Part shown: positions 1-18,733 of the stretch, one piece after another
How the letters are laid out: the number at the start of each line of letters is the position of its first letter
Position numbering within the stretch: the stretch's first letter is position 1
NCBI RefSeq assembly: GCF_009914755.1
Contig: NC_060927.1
DNA from: the human T2T-CHM13v2.0 reference genome, Homo sapiens
DNA: 64,000 bases
Direction: 5' to 3' (one strand)
Position numbers and translations under genes: made by a program
The notes under the pieces: model-generated
What the model was told of the DNA's origin: nothing
Database searches by the model: none
What the model saw: the letters and a program-made list of their open reading frames with translations, nothing else

Positions 1-122
1 GCCTGGTTAAAATTCTAACTCTACAACTTACTTGTTAGGTGACCTCAGGCAAGAGTATAAAGCTCTCAATGCCAGTTTCTTCATCTGTAAAAATGGAGAT
101 TATCATCTTGATAAAGCCTACC

Positions 123-969
123 TGTATTCATTTCCTGTTTATGTTGTAACAAATTACTACAAATGTAGTGGCTTAAACAACTCCATTTACTATCTGACAG
201 TTCTTGGAGTCAGAGATCAGATGAAGGTCTCACTGGGTTAAAGTCAAGGTGTCAGCTGAACTGTATTCCTTTCTGGAGACGCAAGGAGAGTAATATGGTT
301 TGGCTGTGTCCCCACCCATCTTGAATTGTAACTCCCACAATTCCTATGCGTTGTGGGAGGGACCTGGTGGGAAGTAGTTGAATCATGGGGTCAGGCCTTT
401 CCTGTGCAATTCTCATGATAGTGAATAAGTCTCTCGAGATCTGATGGTTTTATAAGGGGGATTTTCCCTGCACAAGCTCCATTCTCTTGTCTGCCACCAC
501 GTGAGATGTGCCTTTCACCTTCCACCATGATTGTGAGGCCTCTCCAGCCACGTGGAACTGAGAGTCTATTAAACCTCTTTATTTTGTAAATTGCCCAGTC
601 TTGGGTATGTCTTTATCAGAAGCATGTAAACGGACTAATACAAAGAGAATGTGTTTTCTTGCCTTTTCCATTTTCCAGAGGCTGTCTGAATTTCTTGGCC
701 CATTGCCCCTTCCATCTGCAAAGCCCAGCCACAGCCGGCTTAGTCTATCTTGCACGGCAGCACTAACTCTGAAACTCTCTTCCACTTTAAACAACCCTGT
801 GGTTGCATTGGTCCCATGGGATAACTGGCCCTATTTTAACATCATCTGATTAGCAATCTTAATTCCATCTGCAACCTTAATTCCCCTTTGTCATATAACA
901 TCACATAATCACAAACTCCTAGACATCATGGGGACAGGGGTAGGGGAACATAGTATTCTGCCCACCATA
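123..969 (-). mobile_element. MLT1 (MLT1D-like) MaLR solo LTR, interrupted by THE1
   Basis: tgtattcatttcctg...gtaacaaattactacaaatgtagtggcttaaacaac start and ...attctgcccacca end. TSD ctacc/ctact. Confidence 0.8.
291..642 (+). mobile_element. THE1 (THE1B/C-like) solo LTR
   Basis: taatatggtttggctgtgtccccaccc...gactaataca termini. TSD gagag/aagag. Confidence 0.92.
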
Positions 970-2699
970 CTACTCATAGGAATGTTGTGATGATTAGGTG
1001 AGAAGACTCCTGTAATGGCTTAGAACAGTGCCAGTCACATAAGCAAATGTTCAGTAATTGTTCTTTGTGACCCCATTATGTCTTATCATTTAATGAGTTT
1101 GTTTTATACAGGAACAGGCTATTGGGAGTTCTGTCTTGAGGAAGCATCTGATGCTACTTTGCTCACTGCTAGAAGTGATGATAGAAGGACAGAGATCTTA
1201 GTGAGAGCCAACTCCTTCTTGCTTTCTAAAGCCAAAGCTCAAGGTCTGAGCTCTCTTTGGAATTAGGTGATTCTCCACAGAAAACGTGTGGTTTGGGCAA
1301 AGCCAATTTTATGAGTAACAAGAATGAAATAAACTGGGGAAGATCCAAGCAGATAACATTATCCTCACATAAAAGTGGCCAATAGAAAGAAGTTAAGAGC
1401 CACCCTTCCCTGGATCACGTTGTATAGCCTGTGTAAGAGAAGGAGTGCTGTATGTAGTTAAGATAATGGACCCTGGAGTTGAAATTCCTCTTTTCTTCTC
1501 ATTATCTGGATGACCTCAAGCCTTAGCTTCCCCATTTGTAAGATGTGGATAAAAATAGTTTCTACCGCAGGATGAGATGAGGTCTGGAAAGTTCACACAA
1601 CGTAAGTGCTTGGCACAAGGAGGGCCTGGCAGAAACTGCTAGGTCAGAGATAACTCTGGGAGGGTTCATACACAGTAAGGGTCTCATTGCAAATAATTAA
1701 AGTTGAGAGAGCCACTCTCCTGCCTGGCTGGGGCTAAGGAGTCTGTAGCCTTAGAGTATTATGTTCAAAATTCTACTCTCATGCAGTTAAATCTTAGCCT
1801 GAATGTTTATTCCATTAAACTTTCCCTCCAGATTGCATCATATGTAATTACAAGATGAAAATATTGTGTGGAGAATGTAGCCATTGTTCAAGTTTCACAT
1901 ATGTGATGATGGTTTTTGAATCTTCTTGGTGGGGAGGAGGTTAGATTTGTTGGTTGAGGTGGATTGTGACAAGTGAGCAGAGGGACAGACAGCAGAAAGC
2001 TGGGATTTCTTGGTTGGAAAGAAATATGTTGCAGGTCCTGGACTCCACAGGAGTTATATCTTGTCTTGGGTTGTTTTCATCCCACAGCAGGAATAACTAA
2101 AGATAAAGACAAAGATGATGAAAGACAAGATGATATTTTGATGTCACTGGGCCTGGAAACAAGGGCGCTATTGTTTGCAGGCAGCCTGTATTCATCTGTG
2201 AGAGATTAGCAATGGCATTAATTTATTCAAGATTACAGTTCAGAAGCAAAGTCATCAAAACTGAAGCTCTTTCATTTATGGAGCACGCTGTACCTCTGGG
2301 ATGGAGGGCGAGTGCTCTGGGGCCGGGGTATCCTTCAGCGTGAGTTGTCTTAACAGGATGTTTTACTCAGAGAACAAGCCTTAGGATTCAGCTTTTTCAG
2401 TCCTGTAGCCACTCTCAGGATTCCTTCATGGACTTGATATACCCCAAGACTCTTCAGATTCCCAATGGTGAGAGCAATGGCCGTGCTTGGAAAGTGGAAA
2501 TTGGTAAGGTCAGTGGGTTTCACTTAGAGCTACTGTGATTCAGCCCAACTCTTCCAACTTGTTTCGTATGTTTACACTCTTGACAAAAATTTTACAATCA
2601 TAGACTATTTCCTCACTAGACCACCTCTTTGCCTCTGGATCATGTACACTCATGGTCACGAGGATGATGGTAGCACTGTGTTGAAGGAAATGAAATCGA

Positions 2700-4060
2700 T
2701 AGCAAAGAGATAACTGCATTCCCATGCTTATCGATGCCTAATTCACAATAGCAAAGTATAGAAACCATCTGAGTGTCCATCAACATGTGGATGAGTGGAT
2801 ACAGAAATTGAGTTTTAGTGATATAGGAAAATCCAAACTCAGTTTCTCTTATAATACTTTTACAACACAGTACACTTCTGTGATCCTGGATGTCTGAGTT
2901 TTTTCTCCACACACCAAGCAATCAACTGTCCAGCAGATTCTCCAGTAGATACGATACCAGCTGGGTTTCCTCTAAATCAATTCAGTTCTGACACTATCTA
3001 CCTGGAGACAGGTTGAGGACTGTCCCTCAAGACTGCCCCTACTTCAGAGGACAGTTGCAAGTAGTAGATTGTCACCTATACTTCTGATCGACCAGCTGTG
3101 AATTGGGGGGTTCCCACAACCTCATCCTTGAGATCTATTAACTTTCTAGAGTGGGTCACAGAACTCAGGGAAACACTTTACTTATAATAAATGTACACGT
3201 TTATTATAAAGGATATTACAAAGGATACAGTTCAACAGCCAGATGGTAGAGATGCACAGGGCAAGGTATGGGAGAAGGGGCACCACGGAGCTCCCATGCC
3301 CTCTCTGGATGCACCACACTCTAAGAACCTCCCATGTTCAGCTGTCTGAAACCTCTCAGAACTCAGTATTTTTGAGACTGAGTTTTTTATGAAGGATTCA
3401 TTATGTCCACTTGTTTATTAACTCAACATTCAGCTCCCTTCCCCTCCCCAGAATATGGGGGGGGCAGGGGGAGGTAGAGAGGAGGCCTGAAATTTCCAGT
3501 CCTCTAATCAGATGGTTGGTTCCCTTGGCAACCAGCCTCCATCCTGAGGCTATCTAGGGGCCCTCAGCCACAAGTCATCTCGTTAGCATACAAAAGACAC
3601 TCCTATCACTGGAGATCCAAGTATTTTATGAGCTCTGTGTCAGGAAACAGGGAGGAAGACCAAATATATATTTCACAATATCACAGTAGCAGATATGTAA
3701 TGGAATATTATTCAGCCATAAAAAAGAGGGAAACTCTGCCATTTGTGACAACATGGATAAACTTGGAGGACATTATGCTAAGCCAAACACAGAAAGACAA
3801 ATATGTTTCATCTCACATATGAACAAGTGGTTGCCAGGGGCTGGGAAGTAGGGGAATTGAAGTCATGTTGATCAGGGTACAAACTTGCAGTTAGAAGATT
3901 AATAAGTTCTGGGTATCTAATATACAGCAGGGATGGCGATAGATGTGTTAATTAATTTGATTGTAATAATCATTACAACATGTATATGTATATCAAATCA
4001 TCACATTGCGTATCTTGAATATATTCAATCTTTGTCAATTATATATTTTAAAATAAAAAC
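2700..4060 (+). mobile_element. Old L1 (L1MA/MB-type) 3' end, interrupted by MER21
   Basis: ORF2 C-terminal remnant MEYYSAIKKRETLPFVTTWINLEDIMLSQ (3628-3822 ORF), followed by 3'UTR and an A-rich end. Confidence 0.8.
2819..3685 (-). mobile_element. MER21-family solo LTR
   Basis: Reverse complement starts tgtgatattgtgaaatatatatttggtcttcctccc, the MER21 5' terminus as recalled. Confidence 0.8.
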
Positions 4061-4169
4061 ACAAACTTTATTTTGAAATAATTTTAGACTAACAAGAAAT
4101 GCAAAAATAATACTATGTTCCCATGTACGCTTCCCCAGTTTGTCCCCTACTGATACAGTCTTCTATAAG

Positions 4170-4770
4170 TGCAAACCAAAAAGCATGTAAACAGATCTCA
4201 AACAGTTGGGAGGTTTATTTTGCTAAGGTTCAGGATACACCCAGGAAAAAGAGACACAGGCCACAGTAGTATGTGTGGCCGATACCTTTTCTGAAGAGGG
4301 TTTTGAGGGCTTCGATATGTAAAGGGGAAAAGTGGGCAAGAGGGGAAAGATGAAAAAAAGAGGGAAGATGTGTTCACAATCTTGTGAATCCATATGTTGC
4401 GTGTGAAAAGGAGGGGGTAGACGTTACTGTCAATTACGTATTCATCTTACACTCAGTAAATCTGCACTTTACATAAGGGAAAATAAACAGAGTACAGGAA
4501 GCTGTCAAATATACATTCATCTCTGGGTGGGTGGGGGAGGATTTCTGGTCTCCTCCTGTCCTGTGTCTATGAGCTGTTAATTTACATTGTTAGGGTGGCC
4601 CCTGTCGAGACATGAGAAGTTCTATCTGTAGCTATCAGTTTAGGAACAAAAGTAAAGGAGTTTTTGGGTTTTATTTTTGGTTTTGTTTTTCCATGTCTCA
4701 GCTTCCAAGCTAAACTTTTCCCTTTGGGCATAGTGAATTTGGGGTCCCAAGAGTTTATTTGCCTTTCACA
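4170..4770 (-). mobile_element. MER4-family (ERV1) solo LTR
   Basis: Reverse complement starts tgtgaaaggcaaataaactcttgggaccccaaattcactatgcccaaagggaaaag. TG...CA termini. Confidence 0.8.
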
Positions 4771-5440
4771 TAGCATAATAAATTATTTTTTAAAAGACTT
4801 TATGTGGAGCATTTCAAAAATGCATGTGATAAGGGACGCAAAACTTGTGTGGCACTTTTTTTTTTTTTTTAACAAGTTCCCTCTACCATGTTAAATCATA
4901 GCGTCAAGACAGAACCTGCCAGGACCTTCAAGCCTCCTTCATCATGCCTCCTTCTAGTCATTCTGTCCCCTACAGTAACTACTTTTCTGACTTCTATCTC
5001 CATGGGTTAGTTTTACCTGTTATTGCACCAGAACCTTATGTAACATACTCTCTGGTGTCTGGTTTCTTTCACTCAGTGACATGTCTTTGAGATGCTGTGT
5101 GTGCCAAGGGTTTGTTTTTATCATTGCTGTGTAGTACTCTGGTATGGACATATCATTATTTATCTCATCTAGCATAGATGGATATGTAGACTCTTTCCAG
5201 TTTTAGCTATTTCAAATTATGCTGCTGTGAAAATTCTTCCACATCTTCTGTTGCACACTTGTGTATACATTTCTATTAGGGAATATCCAGGAGTCGAATT
5301 ACCACCTCAAAAGGTATACATGTGTTCTGCATTAAGAAAATTCTGCCAAACACCTTTCCAAAGTAGTGGTAACAAAGAGCATTTTAGTTTATCTTTGCCA
5401 ACGTTTGCAATCCCAAATGTTCTTAATTTTCACCATTCTG

Positions 5441-5808
5441 GTGTGTGTGTCTGTGTATGCGTGTGTGTGTGTGGTGTGTGTGTGGTGTGCATGTGTGGTG
5501 TGTGTGTGTGTGTGGTGTGTATGTGTGCGTGTGTGTGCATACATTCGTGTGTGTGGTGTGTGTAGTGTGCATGTGTGTGTGGTGTGTGCGTGTCTGGTGC
5601 GTGTGTATGCATGTGTGGTGTGTGGTGTGTGCGTGCGTGTGTGTGGTGTGTGCATGTGTGCGTGTGCGGTGTGTGTGTGCATGTGTGGTGTGTGTGCAAG
5701 CGTGTGTGTGGTGTGTGCGCATGTTTGCGTGTGTGTGGTGTGTGTGCGTGAGTGTGTGTGTGGTGTATGTGCGTGCGTGTGTGTGGTGGGTGTGTGTGCG
5801 TGTGTGTG
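5441..5808 (+). repeat. ~370-bp degenerate (TG)n/(GTGTG)n simple repeat
   Basis: Seen directly. Source of the spurious Cys/Val and His/Thr ORFs. Confidence 0.98.
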
Positions 5809-8800
5809 TTCTGCATCTGGGTGTTTTAGTATCTAAGTATCTTAATTCCCATCCCTGTGATCACTAATGTTGATCAGTTTTCATATGTATATTAGAAATG
5901 TATATGAAATACAGATATTTATTTGTATATTGGCTATGCCTATGTATTTTTTGTGAAGTGTTCAAGATTTTTGACAATTTAAGAAATCTCATGATATACT
6001 TTTTTTACTTAATGATTTATAGTCATTCTTTATGTATTCCAGATACCACTCCTTTACTGGATATTTAGACTGAGAATATCTTCTCCCACCCTGTAGTTTG
6101 CTCTTCTTTTAATGCTATCTTTTGATGAACAGAAGTTTTTAAAAATTTTGGTAAAGTTCAGTGTATTGATCTTTTCCTTTATGGACAGTGCTCTTTTATA
6201 TACAATTTAAGACATATTTCCCTGCCCCAATGGTGGATGATAGTCCACAATATTATATTTTGGAAGCTTAATTATTAAGCTTCACTATTAAACTTTATTA
6301 TTAAAATCCATCTGGAATTAATTATGGCTTATTTTTCTCCATATAGTTGATGCAGCACGATTTATGGAAGACATTTTTTCCCATTGGATTATAGTAGTAC
6401 TTTTTAAAAATTAGGTTTTTTTTTTCTTAGATCCTCTGATGTTATGCTATTGGTCTGTTTATGTTTGTACTCTGTTTTAATTACTTGAGTTTTATGTAAG
6501 TCCTAATATCTGGTAGTATAAGTCTTCCAATATCATTTTGATTCTTCAAAATTGTCTTTGCTCTTCTTGGTTCTTTATATTTCCATGCAAATTTTAGAGT
6601 CAATTTATTGATTTCTACAAAATAATCTGCTGAGACTTTGATTGCGATTGAGTTGAATGTAAAAATCAACTGAAGAAGGATTGACGTATCTTTATAAGAT
6701 TGAGTCTTCCAATCCATTAACAGTCCATCCCTTCACTTATTTTCTTTCTGTAATATTTTGCAGTTTCTGTGTTGGAAGTCTTACACATTTTTCCTAAGGT
6801 TTATTACCAGGTATTTAAAAGGCTTTGCTGCAATTATATAATATAGAGTTTTTTAATTTTTTATTTTCTAATATTTGAAAGCCATCAACTTTATAATGAT
6901 CTTGTGTACAATGATTTTGCCAAGTTCACTTACTGAAAAGGGTTAATGATGACTATATCTTTTTTATTTTCTGTGTATATAATCATATTGTGTTTGAATA
7001 GTGTCTGCTATATTTCTACTTTCCCAATCTATATACCTTTTATTTCTTTTTCTTACCAAGTTGCACTGGATTTCTTTTTTTTTTTTTTTTTATCTTGTTA
7101 CACCACCAGTACAATGTTGAAAGAATAAGGATTAGCACATATTCTTACCTCTTTCATGATCTCAGGATGAATGCTTTTACTAGTTTTACCATTAAGTCTT
7201 ATGCTGCTTTTGATTTTCATACATATTCTTTTTAAGGTTAAAGAAGTGCTCTTCTGTTCCTAGTGTGGTAAAAATGGATGTGAATGGATGTTGAATTTTG
7301 TCGAGTGCTTGTGCACCTATTAAAATTATATAATTTTTTCTTCTTTTTTAATGTCATGGATTACATTGTTTGATTTTCAAATGATAAAATAACTTTACAT
7401 TCGTGGTATAAATTCAACTTTGTCATAATATATTAAACTTTTATATTTCACTGCGTTTGACTTTGTGCAATTTTAAGATCTTTGTGTCTGTGTCAAGACA
7501 GATACTGGTCTGAAAATTTCCTTTTTGTAATGCTGTTTTCAGCTTTTTTTATTAGGGTATGCTGGCCTCAAAATGAGTTGGGCAGAGTTTCTTCTTTTTA
7601 TACTCTCTGGAAGGATTTGTGTAAGATTGTTACTTCTTCCTTAATTGTATGGAAGAATTCAATGGTGAAGCCACAAGGGACTGTAGTTTACTTTGAGGGA
7701 AGATTTTTCGTTATAGATTCAATCACTTTAATAGATGGAAGACTATTCTGACTTTAACATTTCATCTTGATTCAGTTTTAGTAAGTTGTGCTTTTTGAGG
7801 AATGTGTCCATTTCCTATAATTTTTCATATTTATTGGCCTAAAGTTGTTTATAAAGTCCCCTTATTTCCTTTTTCACATGTAAAAGATCTGTAGGGCCCT
7901 TCTTTTTTCCATTTCCAATATGATTAATTTATGTTTTCACTCATTTTTTCTAAATCCATCTTGCTTAAGGATTTATCAATTTTATGGATTTTCAAGAAGT
8001 AACTTTTTGGCATTGTACATCTGTTTGCTGTGTCATCGATTTCTATTCTTATTTTTTATTTCCTTTACTCCACTTTCTTGGGGTTAAATTTGACCTTTTT
8101 TTAGCTTGTTAAAATGGAACCTTAGATTATTGGTTTCCAGCCTTACTTTTTTATTATATGTATTTACAGATACCAACTTCCCTGTAGTTGTTTTAGTAAT
8201 AGTGCACTTTTAGATACCATATTTTCATTATCATTGAACTCAAACTATTTTCTAATTTTTATTGTGAACTTTATTTAAAGTGTATTATTTAATTCTGAAA
8301 CAATTTGAATACCAAATTTTCTAGTTAAAATTTTATGATTTTTAGTTTATTCCACTGACATGTTGAATACCTTCTATATTATGTCCATCCTTTCAAATAC
8401 ATTTAGACTTGCTTTACAGATGATCATACGATGTGTTTTGGTTAATGATCCTTGAGCACTTGTAAAAAAAAATGCATTCAGCAGTTGATGAATGCAGTGT
8501 TCCATATATGTCAATGTGATCAAATTGACTAATTGTAATATTCAGATCTAGTCTCTACTGATTGCTGTATTTGCTTATTCTATCAGTTGGAATTCCCCAC
8601 TATGATATTGTATTTCTCTCTGTCTCATTTTAGCTCTGCTTAACATTTCAGCTTTTTGGTGTTATATGTTGTTGTATGTGTTATTATCAGTATACAGATT
8701 TAAGGTTGTCATATTTTCCTGTCGAATCAGCTCTTTTATTATTACATCTAAATACATAGTATCACTTATAATTACATTGTGCTTTACATGGTTTGAAGGT

Positions 8801-9355
8801 AAAAAGAAAGGACAAGATATACTAAAAAATAGTGGCTATTCAATGTAATTATTGTATAATTTAATCTTACCTATAATCTTGCTATTTTTCTTATCTATGT
8901 TTCTAGTTGATTAATCTAAAAAAGGCAAAATATTTCTATTATTCAGTTTTGTCATCTATTAGCTTGTTAGTAAACATTATTTTATTATTTACTTCAGTGA
9001 TTACCCTAGAGGTTATAACATTTATTCTCAATTTAATATTAGAGTCTATATTATATTAGCACTTTTCCCACTTATATAATGTACATACCTTAGAACAGTT
9101 TACCTCTATTTAAGCTCACCCGTCCTTGGTGCCATATTAATCCTCCAAGCCATGATTATTGTCATTTTAAATAGGAAATATTTAATTAGAGTGACTCATA
9201 TGGATTTTCCCCCATTTTCTGTGTTATTAATGGGATCATTTTTCATCTGCCTGAATTATTTCTTTAAATTCTGCTGATAAATGTGTCTGAAAATATTTTA
9301 ATTTTGCTGTCATTTTAAAGAATGTTTTTAATGGGGTACAGAATTCCGAGGCTTA

Positions 9356-15829
<6,474 letters not shown>

Positions 15830-17049
15830 GATATGTTCTGTCATTTTAGACCTTTCTTACTTCTTTTGAGAAGTTCAATTGTTAGTCTTATTGCTTTTTA
15901 GTATGTTTTTTTCTTTAGCTGACTTTAAGATTTTTATATACTGTTTAGAATTTGTATTATGATATGTGTAAGAATGTTTTCTTTTGCATTTATTTTACTT
16001 GGAGTGTGTATATCTTCTTGAATCTATGGCCGGAAGTTTGTCATCAGTTTTGTAAAATTTTTGTCTCACTTCCTCCAAATATTTCCTTTGCCCCATTCTT
16101 TTTTTAAATTCTTTAAGAATTCCAGTTATGTATCAGATCTTTTGACCAGATCCCATATTTATTTTTTGCTTCTTCTTTGTTGTCTAGTTTTTTCTCTATA
16201 CAGTTCGACCTGGATATTTCTACTGACTTCTCCAGTTCATTAATCTTCTCTTCGGTAGTGTCTAATCTTCTATTAAATAGATATGATGAATTCTTAATTT
16301 TAATCAATGTTTTCAATTCTAGGAATTTCATACAATTCTTTTTTATACTTTATCTTTTCATCTGTTTCCTTCAATATTTTGATCATGGTTATTTTAGAGT
16401 CTGTGCCTGTCTGTAATATCTGGATTACCTGTAAGTCTATTATCTCTTTCCTTTTTTTATCTCTTGACTTTTAGTTATCTGGCTCTGTTTCTTGGCATGC
16501 CCAACAATTCTTGATTGCTTGCCTGATGGTGTATATGAAAAATTGTTGAGGCTTTGGATGTTCTTATCTTCCTCTTAGAAAGAATAAATCCTGTGGCGGG
16601 CAAATAGAATACAGGCAAAGTATCTTGATCTAATTACAACTTGTTTATTTATAATTTGTCCTGACTCTGCAGGCTTAGCCATTTCAGAGGTTTCAGCTGA
16701 AAGCTTGTAGTTTCTACATGTGCTGTCTCCTCCTTGGTGAGGGCTTAACTTTAAATTTTGATTTCCCACCATTTTATGATGGTCAGGTTCTCTGCTTAAC
16801 ATTTCAGTCTTTTAGCTGCTTTCTACTTGGTTTTATTGAGTCTTAACTAACACATACATAACTTAGTCATTATCAAATACATTAGGGAGAAATTGTCTGC
16901 AGAACATGGACTTACTTCCCTAGAGTTCCCTTTTCTTCTGGATTTTTTTCTGTAGCCTGAACCCATTTTTTTGGTCTTCATCTTCTAGTAAGGCTGCCAC
17001 TAATTCTAGATTGCTGTTTCCTGTTTGGCTTTCATGCCCTTCCCTATGA

Positions 17050-17133
17050 TCTCTAACTCCTGGCCTCATGTGATCCACCCGCCTCGGCCTCCCAAAGTGC
17101 TGGGATTATAGGTGTGAGCCACTGCACCCAGCC
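17050..17133 (-). mobile_element. Tailless Alu 5' fragment (~85 nt)
   Basis: ctcctggcctcatgtgatccacccgcctcggcctcccaaagtgctgggattataggtgtgagccactgcacccagcc. Confidence 0.9.
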
Positions 17134-17631
17134 TCATATTCTTCCCTATTAATTGGCAAATGCTATGAGAGGGGAATGGGAGTGAATATAGGTCTTTACT
17201 CCTTGTAATTATTTTCAGTATAGGATCTGGTGGCACCTTCAAGCCCTCATTGCCCTTTTTCTTTTTTGTAGTTTATCCAACCTTAATAGATAGATGTTCT
17301 CAGTATTAGGATTCATCTGACAGTACATAGTCCATCATAGCTAGAAGCAGAATTTCTCCAATTAATACTTTTAAATTTATTTGTAAGAGTTGCTTTATTC
17401 CAGGAGCTGGGCTCGTTGGTTCTCACTGATTGTGCACAGTCATTGGGTGGTGGCAGACATCTGGATGCAGCTTTGTCGATGAACTAGCACAGAAATGCCA
17501 GCTTTCCTCCATTCGAGTGTTATCAATAAGAGTATTGCTTTTGTCTCTGTTCGGTGGGTCTTCCCAGGGTATGAAGTTCTCTGAATGCTAATTGTTAATG
17601 GTACTCTATGTTTTAAAAATCAGTGTTTATG

Positions 17632-17932
17632 GGCTGGGCATGGTGGCTCACGCCTATAATCCCAGCACTTTGGGAGGCCATGGTGGGTGGATCACGAGGT
17701 CAGGAGATTGAGACCATCCCGCCTAACATGTTGAAACCCCATCTCTACTAAAAATACAAAAAATAAGCTGGGCGTGATGGCAGGCGCCTGTAGTCCCAGT
17801 TACTCAGGAGGCTAAGGCAGGAGAATGCCATGAACCCAGGAGGCGGAGCTTGCAGTGAGCTGAGATCACACCACTGCACTCCAACCTGGACAACAGAGCA
17901 AGACTCCATCTCAAAAAAAAAAAAAAAAAAAA
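17632..17932 (+). mobile_element. Alu (AluY/Sc-type)
   Basis: Diagnostic gatcacgaggtcaggaga and ggcggagcttgcagtgagc. TSD aaaaat(c/t)agtgtttatg. Confidence 0.96.
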
Positions 17933-18390
17933 ATTAGTGTTTATGGAGGCCTTTTTATTTTCATTTAATTTTATTATTCTTTTACCAAATATGTATTGGA
18001 AGTTTAGAAAGCCATAGTCCCACCTGAAAAAATGTACACTGCACATTATTAGCATACTAAAGGCATAGACCTGCATCTTTGACACTTACATGTTCAACTT
18101 TGCTGTCCAGGTTCTTAGAGCATAGTAATGAACAAGACACAAAATGTCCACTGGGGCTACTGAAATTGCCCAGAGAATCCACCCTGGTGGCACCCATATC
18201 CATGCAAAGAAGACACATTTGTGAAACTCTGAGTTAAACTAGTCTCTGTGGACAACCACTGGGCCTTACTTCTGCTTCCAGTGGTCACTGGCTCTGCTGG
18301 AAAGGCTAGCTAGAGCATGCAGATATGGAAGCCTAACTAATGGAAATGGTCACTTTGGAGTGTTTTGCCTCCTTTGGGGCAACAAGTTAG

Positions 18391-18733
<343 letters not shown>

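Larger units (their letters stand above)
1..1062 (+). mobile_element. MIR SINE split (1-122 and 970-1062) by an MLT1 LTR
   Basis: MIR core gtgacctcaggcaag...agtttcttcatctgtaaaaatggag, resuming as ctcataggaatgttgtgatgatt...ttagaacagtgcc. Confidence 0.75.

Noticed and set aside
5227-5867. Cys/Val-rich and His/Thr-rich ORFs up to 156 aa
   Set aside because: Translations of the (TG)n repeat in all frames. No splice or coding evidence.
18179-18295. CTCF-like motifs (gccaccagggtgg on the minus strand)
   Set aside because: Only partial matches to the core consensus. Not supportable without ChIP data.
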